This document shows, piece after piece, positions 24,587-37,205 of a stretch of DNA of 64,000 nucleotides. The stretch is from Felis catus (lineage: Eukaryota). The notes beneath the pieces are model-generated. The model did not search any database, had not been told where the DNA came from, and saw only the letters and a program-made list of their open reading frames with translations. Within the stretch, counting starts at the first letter, position 1, and the number at the start of each line of letters is the position of its first letter. The position numbers and the translations under genes were made by a program. The stretch spans positions 109,990,001 to 110,054,000 of the forward strand of contig NC_058373.1 of the NCBI RefSeq assembly GCF_018350175.1, given 5' to 3'.

Positions 24587-24955
24587 GGGGCACCTGGGTG
24601 GCTTAGTTGGTTAAGTGTTTGACTTTTTTTTTTTTTTAATGTTTATTTATTTTTGAGAGAGAGAGAGAGAGAGAGTGAGGGAGGGGCAGAGAGAGAGGGA
24701 GACACACACAGAATCCAAGGCAGGCTCCAGGTTCTGAGCTGTCAGCACAGAGCCCCAGAGAGTGGGGCTCAAACTCTCACAAACCGCGAGATCATAACCT
24801 GAGCCAAAGTCAGACGCTTAACTGACTGAGCCGCCCACGCGCCCCAAGTTTTCGACTGTTGATCTCAGCTCAAGTCTTGATCTTAGGGTTGTGAGTTCAA
24901 GCGCTGCATTGGGCTCCACACTGGACATGAAGCCTACTTAAAAAAAAAAAAAAAA
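24587..24955. mobile_element. Old + SINE interrupted by an antisense SINE (24624-24845)
   Basis: The + SINE head stops at AAGTGTTTGACT and resumes at AAGTTTTCGACT; outer TSD ATCTCATTTT. Confidence 0.85.
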
Positions 24956-25384
24956 AGACATCTCATTTTTTGAGTGTCGTTTCTTCCTTTTCTCCAATAA
25001 GATTTGATAAGGGTTCACACAGGGGTCTGGACTTTCCCAGTTCTCCAAGTGTGGGTACCTTTTGGGTAGATCCTGAGCCCCTAATGACTTAGAGTAGAGC
25101 AAGGCCTGATTTCATTCAAATCTCTGGGGTTCTTCCCACAGCCTCGATGCCAGGATCCTCTTGGAGTCCTGAGGACCCTGCTGGAACCTGGATAAGAGAT
25201 TTCCCCAAGTCCTTGTGCTGTTGGTTCTCAAGAGGATCTGGCCGCCCTCGCTTGTGTACTGATTACTGGGCTTCAGGGAAATGCACCTTAATGGCAGTTC
25301 CCCTACAACGTGTTCTTTTGTTGGTTCCTAATTCCAGTGTGTGCTGGGGCTGTGTTTTATGAGGGGACAGGTATGCATTTGGTG

Positions 25385-25830
25385 GCTATGGATCCGGTCG
25401 GTTGCCTAAAGCTAATGTAATTGCAGTCGTGGATACCATTATATTTGAATTACTTCTTATTTTCAAACACCAACAAAATACGTTTCTGTCGGCTGCTTTG
25501 GTAGTTGTTTTTTTATGGTCAGAGAGAGCGAGATAATACAGTTCAGGGCCTCCCAGTGAGTGAGTGGAAGCTTTATCATAAACGGGGTCGAACCGCTCGC
25601 TGCCTCTGGATGGCCCGTCCGTTACTTGTCCGACAAACCTGTTATCGAGGATAAACATCGGCTCAGAGCCAGAAATCCATCGCTTTGACACCAAAATCAG
25701 TTCTGATCGCTGATCTCTAAGGGTGAAAGGGTGCGGGATACATGAATTTGCTGGGCAATTGATTTTCCCTTGGGATAAGAGAAAAATAAAACCAAAATTG
25801 CCAGTCACCGAAAATGGCATAGTGAATTAT
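25385..25830. promoter_or_regulatory. CpG-rich unique block, candidate enhancer or alternative promoter
   Basis: Repeat-free, with the densest non-SINE CpG cluster after the window start (ACGGGGTCGAACCGCTCGC, CCCGTCCG, TCCGAC, ATCGAG, ATCGGC). Confidence 0.45.
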
Positions 25831-26955
25831 GTCTGGGCTTGGAAAACTTCCAGTCCTATAAATAGATGATGGGAAGCCCTCAGGGAGAGAAAAGAGGCAC
25901 ATCACTGTTTTCATATGTAAAAATAGCAGGCCCTTGCCACTTGAAAAAGAAAAAAAAACTGGGAAGTCTATAACTTAAACTTCAGTCACAATAGGAACTA
26001 TGATTCGTGATCGAAACCTCACTTTTTAAGTTTATTACCACTCACGGCCAAAAATTGGGAAGGTTAGACACAATAGGTCAAAAGTTTAGCAGGAGGATTT
26101 TGGGGGGAGGGATTTGCATAAGCAGGAGGTTTCTGAGAGTTTCCAGTCTTGCCGAGAAGCTGTGGGTTTGGTAGACTGCATTCACATTTTGCCTTAATAG
26201 AGACTAAGGAAACCATGGGAGTAGAAAGAAGAAGAACCGTTGTAATTTTCATAGTTGAATATTGTAATTGAAATAGAACTACAGAACTCTTTGGAAGATC
26301 TACCCTCGTTCTAACTATCACAGCTCTGATTTTCTGGGCTGATCACGGGATGGTCAAAAAGCCAGTACGTACAGTTGGATATTTATCAACGGTGTTTGGG
26401 ATCATAGAGGCCATTTTATTTTTCATAATGAATGTATCCACGTTTTCCTGTGTGTTTATTCCTTTGTTTTCCTATGCTCTGTGTCTACCCCCTCCTGACC
26501 CTCCCCTGCCTTTCCCCCACCCCTGTTTCTCATGTCATTTTATGACTGAGTGTCTCACGGCGTGGGTTTTTTTGGGTTTTTTTTTTTGCAGTTTACAGGC
26601 TGGGCCATCTGATTTGGCATACATGGTCTTCTCTGGGTGGTGAGTGGGTGGCTGAAAATGAAGGGGCACATGTGGGAACTTGAGTGTGACTCTGCCCTGT
26701 GGGGCTGGTGTGTCTGGATCTCACTGGTCTGCACCTGATACCCTCCACACCACCCAGTGAGGCCAGCGGCCCCAGTAGCAGGCCTGCGCCCCAGTAACAG
26801 GCCTGCGGTGCACGTCCTTACCTCCTGAGGTGGGGAGGTGGGGGGGAAGGTTGGTTAACACCTCTTATATTTGGGGCCACACAGGAATCAAGATAATGAT
26901 TTGCTGATACCTGTTCTCTCTGGATTTCTGTCCTTTCAACTTCTGCTGCAAGCTC

Positions 26956-27180
26956 CTTTTTTTTTTTTTTTAAAGTTTACTTATTTTGAGCAAGAGAGAA
27001 AGAGAGAACATGACCAGGGGAGGGGCAGAAAGAGAGGGAGAGAGAGAGAATGAATCTCAAACACTCTGCACTGTCCGTGTGGAGCCCAGTGTGGGGCTCG
27101 AACTCACAATCCTGTGAGGTCATGACCTGGGCTGAAATCAAGAGTCAGATGCTTAACCCACTGGGCCACCCAGGCACCCC
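26956..27180 (-). mobile_element. CAN-SINE
   Basis: TSD TG(C/A)AAGCTC(C/T)TTTT. Confidence 0.88.
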
Positions 27181-28639
27181 TGAAGCTCTTTTTTTTTTTT
27201 TTTTAAAGCAGCAATCAAGAACGTTTAGTCATAACCCTGTCCCAAGCACTTAAAAATGCAGTTTATTTCATTTGCTCAGCACACGTTGCTGGTTCTTTTA
27301 ATAGCGTAAAACACCTCAAATCCTTGGGGAATCTTCTTTTCATAGGGACAGAGGGAATTGATGGATTCATGAAGGTGATAATATGCAGATAATAACTGAA
27401 CCCTTGATTTGGGGGTAATGTACCTAAGAAAGAAGGCCTTTTGTCTACAGACAAGGATAGGTAGGAGGGCTGGTGCATAGGCTATGCAGGGCGCTGTTAC
27501 ATCCAGGAGCAATAGAAGCCCCTGATTTCAGACCAGGGAGTTTGAGAGTCTTCCAAGGGAACCCTTCCTTGGATCTTTGATATATAGAAGTAATAAAGTG
27601 GGAGACAGAATGACCTTGTCTTTCCATCAAGGGAAGGAATGTATGTCAGAGAAGTCTGTTCTCTGTACCAGCAAAACGCTAAGGGAGTTTAAAGAGTCCT
27701 ATTGCCTCATAAACCAAGAAGAGTGTAACGAGAAAAACGGAGGTAGGGTTAATTTGTCTCAATAATAAAAGTGATCAAGAAGCTTCCCTTCATGTTAGTT
27801 TCATCAGAAGATTAACTGCAAAATCTGTTCTTTGTTGCAAATATGTGTCCTCTGTTAGGCAGGGAAAGGAGACCCAGCAACCCTAAAAATTAACGTCTGC
27901 AGTTGAGAGGCCACCTGCCCCAGAGTTAGCGCCAGCAAACGCTGATGAGTAGAGGAAGGAGACCAGTAGAGCCCCCAGATCTAGGCTGCAAATCCTTGTG
28001 AGGGGCAGCTGGAGCCCTCAAAGGGTCCTTCCCTGCCCTGAATTCTGATGGTTATCGTGAATAGTCTGTCAGTTTTCACTTCTTCCAAGAAAGGCTCCCC
28101 AGGGAGCTAGTGTATCTTAGGAAGCTGGGAAGGTGGAAAAGCCAATTTGACATAGACTGTTAACTGCATTCAGGGAGAAAAGGGAGAGTGGCAATATGTA
28201 GCCACTCAGAAACGAAGGGGCTTCCCAAGTTTATCTTCCAGAGCCTGAGACAAAGGAGAAACTTGAAATGTATTCGGATAAATAAGCAACAGAAGATACA
28301 AATATTTCCGTGTTTTCCCTTTAGTACACCGCAGATAATATATTTTACAAGGACCACAAAATTAAATTCTTCAGTAAGTCTGAAAAAGCAAAGAGAATTC
28401 AAACTAACAAAAGTTATTGTGGGGATTCTGTGATGGACATCACAGGGGCACTGAAAGGATTTAGACTTATTACTATTTTTTTTATTAACCACAAATCACA
28501 TCTGAAGGGGCTATTTTCTGATTCTTATTTTATAGATAACCTTCTAAATTTTATGTATTTTATTTCAGTTGATGGAAGGCATATGGTAAAGGTTGACTTT
28601 AAGTGGTTTTAAAATAATGACGTGAGTTACATATTTTTT

Positions 28640-29058
28640 ATTTATTTTTAAAAAATTTTAAATGTGTATTTATTTTTGAGAGACAGAGACAGACAGAACA
28701 TGAGCCAGGGAGGGGCAGAGAGAGGGAGTCACAGAATCCAAAGCAGGCTCCAGGCTCTGAGCTGTCCGCACAGAGCCCGATGCGGGGCTCGAACCCACAA
28801 ACCGTGAGATCATGACCTGAGTCAAAGTTGGATGCTTAACTGACTGAGCTACCCAGGCGTCCCCATATTTTTCTTTTAGAAGGCAAGATAGCTTAATAAT
28901 GCTTAAATATTTTAAAAAAGATTTTATTTTTAAGTAATCTCACCACCCCATGTGGGGCTTGAACTCACGACCCCCAGATCAAGAGTCGCATGCTCCACTG
29001 ACTGAGCCTGTTAGGCATCCCACTTAAAGATTTTGAATGAGCATTTATTTCTTTATTT

Positions 29059-29099
<41 letters not shown>

Positions 29100-29852
29100 C
29101 AGAGAGACAGAGAGAGAGAGAGAGAGAATATTAAGCAAGCTCTATCCCCAGCACAGATCCTGACATAGGGCTCCATTTCACTACTGCAGGATCAAGATCA
29201 TGACCTAAGTCAACATCAAGAGTTGGATGCTCAACTGACTGAGCCACCCAGTTGCCCCTTGAATGAGAACTTTTTAAGTGATAATCACTTTAACACAACA
29301 ATTTTTATTTTTGCACTTTTCCTTTTTATCCACATGTATACACATTTGTATGGTTATACTCCTATTAAACAATTGTATTCTGTTTATCTTAGCATTTGCT
29401 TGTTTAATAGTTTTCATAGGCTTTATAATGATTGCTTTTGTTTTGATTAAAAACATTTTTACATTGATATGCCGAATTTTGCAAAGCATTTCGATGTTGA
29501 GGATCTCTATGTATATGTGTATTCATATTTGTATATCTCTTTGTTGTTTCTAACTAGTTACTACTTTTTTAAAAAATTTCTTTTGAGAGAGAGAGAGTGG
29601 TGCACAAGCGACCAGGGGAGGGGCAGAGGAAGAGGGAGAATTTTTTTTTTTTTTAACACTTATTCCTTTTTTTGAGAGACAGAGACAGTGTGAGCGGGGA
29701 AAGGACAGAGAGAGGGAGACACAGAATCCAAAGCAGGCTCCAGGCTCTGAGCTGTCAGCACAGAGCCCGATGAGGGACTCGAACTCACGAACCATGAGAT
29801 CATGACCTGAGCTGAAGTAGGACGCTTAACCGATTTAGCCACCCAGGCACCC
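28640..29852 (-). mobile_element. CAN-SINE cluster (28640-28863, 28915-29020, 29045-29258, 29565-29852)
   Basis: Successive reverse-strand SINE bodies within old L1-like T-rich sequence. Confidence 0.85.
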
Positions 29853-30930
29853 CACTAATTACTTCTTAAGATAAATTCCCAGGAGTGAGATTACTGAGTC
29901 AAATTGCGTGAGCATTTTTATGACTCAAGCTATATGTTACCAAATTGACTTCCAAAATGGTTATTGTGTGGATAGTGTAGACGTAGATCAATTTCTTTGT
30001 CTGCTAGGGAAGGTGGACTTTTTGCATGTGTTTATTTAGTCTTTGAATTTCCTCTTCTGTGAACTGTCTGTTCATATGTGTCAGAACTTGGTTTGTTTTT
30101 TAGAGGAAACTTTATATCTTCCAGTTACCTTTGAAGCTGTTCACAGGATTGTTTCTTGTCTTGGGGTTACTCTGTGGGATATTGCTGTAGAAGAAGTTGA
30201 TCCTTTGCATCAGAGATAGAACACAAATTACTTCTTCTAAAGGAATGGAAAAAGTCCATCCAGATTAATTCCTCTCAATGAATTTAATCTACCACATCCC
30301 AGAGCCTGTTGTGGTGTTTTGTGCAGAATTGTCCAGTGGTGAAGATCCTGCCTATTCACACCACTCCGGGAAACACAAACTTGTCGCAGCTTTCAGTGCT
30401 GTGGCCTTGCGGAAGCCATCAGAACAAAAGGCACGATTCCTGATGTTTGTCGTTGGAGACTGTAACGTGCTTCTGACCGGCCAGTCTGACAAACTGCTGT
30501 TGAATGGTGGAGACGTTAGCTGTATGTGAATTTCATTCCTCTTTAAAATAACACCTGAGAGGAAGAGTTTCAAATCCAAGCATTTCTTCAAAGGGAAATA
30601 ATAAAGCCTGCAATCCTGTTGCGGTTTTCAGTTTCTCGATTGTGTTTGTCTTCTTTCACTTGAGCCGTTTAGCGAGCTCTGGGAGGCAGGTGGAGCCGTG
30701 GGTCCCTGTGTTAGAGCAGAGGAAGGAAGCTCGGGGAGTGTCAGGGGGCTGCTCATGGTCATGGCCTGGGTTTGTGGCAGAGCCGGGACAAGAAGCTGTT
30801 AGCTCTTTGTGCATCCTGAAAAGTGTCAGCTTGAATAATGTCCTCCTTGGGATGAATTCAGTGAGGAGCGACAAAAAATCCCATACATGGTTTTAATTAG
30901 AGATAAAGACAGTAATTAACAATGATGATT

Positions 30931-31150
30931 GGGGTGCCTGGTGGCTCAGTCAGTGAAGTGTCCGACTTTGGCTCAGTTTGTGATCTCATGGTTTGTGAGT
31001 TCGAGCCCTGGGTCGGGGTCTGTGCTGACAGCTCAGAGCCTGGAGCCTGCTTCGGATTCTGTGTCTCCCTTTCTCTCTCTGCCCCTCCCTCGCTCACTCT
31101 CTGTCTCTGTCTCAAGAATAAATAAACATTAAAAAAAATAAATAAAAAAT
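30931..31150 (+). mobile_element. CAN-SINE
   Basis: TSD AATGATGATT. Confidence 0.9.
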
Positions 31151-31579
31151 GATGATTTAAGTTACCAAAGAAAACCTAAATCATATTTCCAGATACTGTA
31201 TTTAGCGGGTCAAGGAATTTCCATCACCACTGATGAAAAACAAATGTTATTAAAAGAGTAAATTATATAATTACTTGAGGTGTTTACTTATACTGACTAT
31301 CTTATTTTGGGATTATATGAAATAGAGATTGGCAATGTGGATCCAGGAGTGAGATAGATGTGGCTCTGAGACCCAGCACACAGGCTGAGCCACTTGGGCA
31401 GGGAGCCCTCGTCATCTGGAAACTGAGATACTAGTATCCGTGTCAGAGATGTTTCATGATGTTTAAATGACATGTGTACATAAAATGCATACTGCATTGT
31501 AAGCCCTGTATTTTGTCATGAATTAGGTATTATTTATTGGTAAATATGCTTAGTTTTTCTTTATTATCTTTTAAAGTAT

Positions 31580-32590
31580 TTTTTTTTAAGTCTATTTATT
31601 TTGAGAGAGAAACAGTGAGCTGGGGAAGGACAGAGAGAGGGAGAGGGACGGAGGATCCAAAGCGGGCTCTGTGCTGACAGCAGCAAGCCCTGTGTGGGGC
31701 TTGAACTCATGAACTGTGAGATCGTGACCTGTGCCGAAGTCAGACGCCTAACCGATTGAGCCACCTAGGCACCCCTATTCTTAAAGAAATGTTTAAAGTT
31801 TATTTATTTATTTTGAGGACAGAGACAGTGTGAGTGGGGGAGGGGCAGGGAGAAAGGGAGCCAGAGAATCCCAAGCAGCCTCTGCACCGTCAGCATAGAG
31901 CTTGATGCGGGGCTCAAACTCATGAAACTGAGATCATGACCTGAGTCAAAACCGAGTCAGATGCTTAACCGACTGAACCACCCAGGTGCCCCTTCTTTTT
32001 AAAAAAAATTTTTTTAACATTATTCATTTTTAAAGAGAGAAGAGCATGAGTAAGGGAGGGGCAGAGAGAGCAGGAAACACAGAATCCGAAGCAGGCTCCA
32101 GGCTCTGAGCTGTTAGCACACAGCCCGTCGCAGGGCTCGAACTCAAAGCTGTGAGATCATGACCTGAGCCAAAATCGGACACTTACCCGACTGAGCCGCC
32201 CAGGTGCCCCTGGTGCCCCTTTTATTTTTAAAAATTCAGTGCCAAGTATGCACTTCTTCACTCTAATTTTTATTACAGCATAAAGGTTACAAATAAGAAA
32301 CAATTGGTCTGAACGTAATTCTGATTAATTATCACTTCTTTTGTATAGCCTTCTATTTTTTTTATTATTTAAAAAAAATTTTTTTTTAACGTTTATTTAT
32401 TTTTGAGACAGAGAGACACAGAGCATGAATGGGGGAGGGGCAAAGAGAGAGGGAGACACAGTATCGGAAGCAGGCTCCAGGCTCTGAGCCATCAGCCCAG
32501 AGCCCGATGCGGGGCTTGAACTCACAGACCGCGAGATGGTGACCTGAGCTGAAGTCGGACGCCTAACCTACTGAGCCACCCAGGCGCCCC
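31580..32590 (-). mobile_element. Four same-orientation CAN-SINEs (31580-31774, 31790-31992, 32005-32210, 32380-32590)
   Basis: Four reverse heads at ~31774, 31992, 32210 and 32590. Confidence 0.88.
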
Positions 32591-34181
32591 TCTATTTTTT
32601 TTTTTTTTTAAACAGAATTATATGCAGTGAGTAAATGTATACAGGGAGTAACTATATTGACTGTGGGTAGACATTTATTGTGACCTTGTCTTTTCAACCA
32701 TGTTTAGTCTTATGAGTCAAGCTTCAGGAATTATCTGCATTCCATGAATTCCATTTATACATGAATCTTTGTGAGCAGTTTTTGGCCTTTGATATTTGGA
32801 ATGAGCTTTGCTTTGTGTGGCTATTTTATTCCATTTTATAATAATGATCTGAATCATTATCATAGCTAAATTCAGTTTCAATAAACACAGAAAAGGGCAA
32901 AATTTATTTGAATATGTGTGATATAGGGGGGATTATAACCCATTTTATTCAAGAATTGGCTACTTAGTTTCGTAGATATTTGTATTCTTGTTTGTTTTCA
33001 AATCTGTTGCCTTTGTCTATTTCATTCTTCACTTGTACCTTCTAGGGAAGGAGATGGGAAAGACATGTTTTCACCATTGGACCCTTTTAGCTTTAGATGT
33101 GTCAGGCGTTAGTTTCAGCGTATGGTGGTTCTGGAATGTATATATAGCACTTACCAATTTGGCCGGGTGGGGGTGGGGCGGGGGAGGTTTCACATCCAGT
33201 GACTGATGAGGTGGGACCCTGAAGACCATCCAGGCCCAGCTTATACAGCTCTGAAGGGCCATTCAACCCGCAGAGCTCATGGTGGGGTTGGGGGAGTCTC
33301 ATCTTCTTTCTCTCCCCAACTCCGCTTCCATCTCTGCTCTAGCCAGCCCCCTGCGCCTTGCTGAATGCTACCCTCAGTGAGGTTGCCGGGCTCTATTTGC
33401 TGTTCCCCGGGATCTATTATTTGGTGTTCCCCTTGGAGTGCTAAGGTCTGTACGTGTCTCCAGCTAGAAAACCCCGGCACTCACGAGGCTCCCCTTGCTT
33501 GTTTCTTTTCTCAGGAGGGGGACACTCTTGCCCTGCTGTTGCGGTCTCAAAATAATTGTTTCCCATATTGAAAAATCCCTTCCAGTAGAAAGTTAATTCT
33601 GGACCCTGTAACTCCTTGTGGCCATCACTGGGGTCACCTGTCCTTTTCTGAATATGTTGAACAGTGTGTCATTGAAGTGGAACTGTTCAGTAGCAGCTAG
33701 CTATGCATTTACTTGGGATACTCAGCTTAACGTCTGTTGAACACTCAATTGAAGCTGAGGGATGACGTTCCTAGAAACAGCAAGTTGATTGGATGCTGAT
33801 TTTCTTCATTGCACCTGCCCCACCCCTTCCCTGTGTCAACACGGATGGGATCCTGTTGCTTTACAGTCAAGTGACTGAGCCCTATAACCACTTGCCTTGC
33901 ACTAGCACAGATAGGTGATGATGCCATTTCACGGGCTGAAAGCAGTTTTAACACTCCCCCTGCCTCCATCTCGAACAAAATTCCAAGTGCACTTGTGGGT
34001 GGGCTCACTGCCTACAAAAGCATGCATACTGGCGGACACACAAACGTACCACGTCTGTTTAATGTCCTTGGCCCAAGGATGGGACTCTGACTAGTGCATC
34101 AAAAGGAATATGTGTGCTTGGGTAATTGAGAGTGGATGGTCCCTTTGTTTTCTTTTTGGCTTTATCACCTTCAGATAAGTA

Positions 34182-34213
<32 letters not shown>
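34182..34213. repeat. (ATT)n microsatellite
   Basis: Direct reading. Confidence 0.9.
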
Positions 34214-34214
<1 letters not shown>

Positions 34215-34324
34215 TGTTAAGAATAATTGACTTTAATTCCTATAAGGCAGGGTGGAATGCAGACTCTGTTGTCCACTTGTTCATTATATGGAATATTCTT
34301 CGTTTTTTTCTTTCTTTTAAAAAA

Positions 34325-34630
34325 ATTTTTTTTAATGTTTTTATTTATTTTTGAGACAGAGAGAGACAGAGCACAAGCAGGGGAGGGGCAGAGAGAGAGG
34401 TAGACACAGAATCCGAAGCAGGCTCCAGGCTCTGAGCTATCAGCACAGAGCCTGAAGCGCGGCTCGAACTCATGGACTGTGAGATCATGACCTGAGCCGA
34501 AGTCAGATGCTCAACCAACTGAGCCACACAGGTGCCCCTCTTCCTTTTTTTCTTTTTAAATTACTTATTTATGTATATTTTTTTAGAGAGAGAGAGACAG
34601 TATGAGTAGGGGAGAGAGGCAGAGGGGGAG

Positions 34631-34664
<34 letters not shown>

Positions 34665-35472
34665 TCTTAAGCAGTCTCCTTGCTCAGCATGGAGCCTGAC
34701 GCAGGGCTCTATCCCATGATCCTGGGATCATGACCTAAGCCCAGACTGAGAGTCGGACACTCAACTGACTGAGCCACTCAGGTACCCCCTTTTTTTCTTT
34801 TTAAATCATAGACTTTGGGGTGCCTGGGTGGCTCGGGTCATGATCCCACGGTTCATGGATTCCAGCTGCATGTCAGGCTCTGTGCTGACAGCTCAGAGCC
34901 TGGAGCCTGCTTCGGATTCTGTGTCTCCCTCTCTCTATGCCCTCCCCCCTCTCATACTCTGTCTCTTCAAATAAACATCAAAAAAAAAAATAAATAAAGA
35001 ATTTAAATCATAGACTTTGATTTCAAGAGGTAAGTAGAATAGAGGTAATTTTAAGAATATATTGTGATTATTAGGTGCAAATCAATTAAGTGCAAAGTTT
35101 GTTTATTGGATGTATATCAATTTTGTATCTCATAAATAGGTGTCTAAATTGATAGGATATTTTGTACTTATTGGGGTAGTAGTCTTTAAATGGCATGAGC
35201 TATTCTCTAATTATTAAAAAATTATTATTCTTCTCCAATCATTTTGAAAAAATAATGAAAATTTTAATAAAAGAATTGATCTTGTTTTCATACTGTCAGA
35301 GAATATAATATAATGAAAGTGTGTAATCACCTTCAGTCATTTATGGGGTTCCTGGGTGGCTCAGTCCGTTAAGCATCCGACTTTTGATTTCGGCTAAGGT
35401 CATGATCTCACGGTTTGTGGGTTCGAGTCCTACATCGGGCTCTGTGCTTCCAGTTGGGAGTCTGCTTGGGAT

Positions 35473-35509
<37 letters not shown>

Positions 35510-35560
35510 GCCCTTGCCCTGCGTGTCTCTCTCTCTCAAAATAAATAAATTTTAAAAAAA
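34325..35560. mobile_element. Four CAN-SINEs (- 34325-34538; - 34560-34788; + 34817-34995; + 35345-35560)
   Basis: Canonical structure; the third has TSD TTTAAATCATAGACTTTG and a deletion just after the head. Confidence 0.85.
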
Positions 35561-36997
35561 GAAAGATACTTTGAACTCCTCTGTTTGAAAGGCAGATTTG
35601 AACCGATCAGACCCTCCCTAACCTCTGTGGGTCCTTGGGGAAGGTGGTCGGCCTGTGGCTATAGGAGAGAACACAACTGGTTGTCCCTCAGGAAGATCCA
35701 GTCTCAGCCTCCCACCCCCCAACCCCGGCCTCCTTGGCATTGCCAGCCAGACTGAAGATTGATCACAGCTCAGAATAGCTCAGTAACTGAACTGGAAGAT
35801 ACACAACTTCTAGAGCAGCAAGGAACTGGTTTTTCTTCATTCCTGGTGTTTGAAATCATGCTTAAGAAGGTGGTAAGATGGTCGGGCTTGGTACTTTTGG
35901 GGACTGTGAGTCCTGCTTTTTATAACATCATAAAATCACAGATTTATCTAGCTGGAAGAGCTCTTAGAGAATGTCTAGCAATGGGTGAACACACTAGGAT
36001 TCCGGTGTGTTAAATGCATTCTCTACGCTTGGGCCAAAAAGAGGACTAGAGCTCAGGTCTGCTAAACCACTAGTCCAGGAATAATTCCACAGAATTACCC
36101 CCATAATTCCGTGGCATTACCCCCTCACAAGACCATTCAGCTTCCCAGACTAGACCCAAGGTAGCTGCGGTGTCCCAGGCCTGCCTGGGAAGCACTGTCC
36201 CTCACCTGGTAGCCAGCAAGCAGCTGATGTGCCCTGGCTCTTGTTTCTCTCACCCTGGGCAGGGATATTGAGGCCAGATTTAGTTATACTGTAGCTCAAA
36301 TGAGCCTGGGTCCTTGTTACTGCTGCCCATTCACCGCTCCTGCCCTACTGGAAATTAGCCTCATAGTATAACTCACGTAATTATTTGATTTAATCTGCAT
36401 AGAACAGAGCTGAAGCACAGTGGTACCCGTAGCAAAGAATCAAGTAAGGCGAAGGAGTATGTTTCCTCTTGTCTTGGGGAGTCCATATTCTTAAGGACTG
36501 ATTATATTGCTAACCACCTAGCATAGTGGCCGAAACATGCAAGCTGGACATTAATACTTTTTGGGTAATTTCCTGAGTAATGATAAATGAACAGAAGCTA
36601 AATGAAAACGGTAGTTTTTGTTGTTGTTGTTTAGTTTTTAGTTTTTTATTTTTTATTTTTTTGTCTTCTTGAGAAGTTTAGGAGACTAACCCTTGCTGTT
36701 CTTTTCCGGTTCAAGTTCTTATATACCATCAAGATACAATGTAGGCGTTACATTATAATGACATTTAGGGAGACTAATAACAGGGAGATGCTGATGCCTA
36801 ATATTTAGTAGAATAAAACAAATTTGTGATGTAATTGCAACTTTGTGAAAACAGAGTAAAAAAACCTATGCTGGAGATAAAAATACTCTAAACATCTATG
36901 GATCGATTTTATTCATTTTTTTTCTGTATTATTAAAAAATCACTTAACACATAGTACTTACATAATACAAAGAAATCCTCTTAAAAGTGAATAAAAT

Positions 36998-37205
36998 GGG
37001 GGTGACTTGGTGGCTCTGTCGGTTAAGTGGCCGACTCTTGATTTCAGCTCAGGTCCTGATCTCGTAGTTTGTGGGTTCGAGCCCTGTGTCGGGCTCTGCA
37101 CTGACAGCACGGATCCTGCTTAGGACTTTTTCTCCCTCTCTCTCTACCCCTTCCCTACTCACGCTTTCTTTTTCTCTCAAAATAAATAAATAAACATTAA
37201 AAAAA
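36998..37205 (+). mobile_element. CAN-SINE
   Basis: TSD GTGAATAAAATG. Confidence 0.88.

Noticed and set aside
25386..25820. 144-aa minus-strand ORF
   Set aside because: No recognisable domain or splice context; more plausibly regulatory DNA.
26770..26807. 19-bp tandem duplication CCCCAGTA(G/A)CAGGCCTGCG
   Set aside because: Ordinary slippage duplication; two units, no spacers, not CRISPR-like.
33165..33188. G-quadruplex-like GGGTGGGGGTGGGGCGGGGG
   Set aside because: Common in mammalian introns; no supporting context.
36081..36124. 22-bp imperfect tandem duplication ATAATTCC...ATTACCCCC
   Set aside because: Small local duplication with no further structure.
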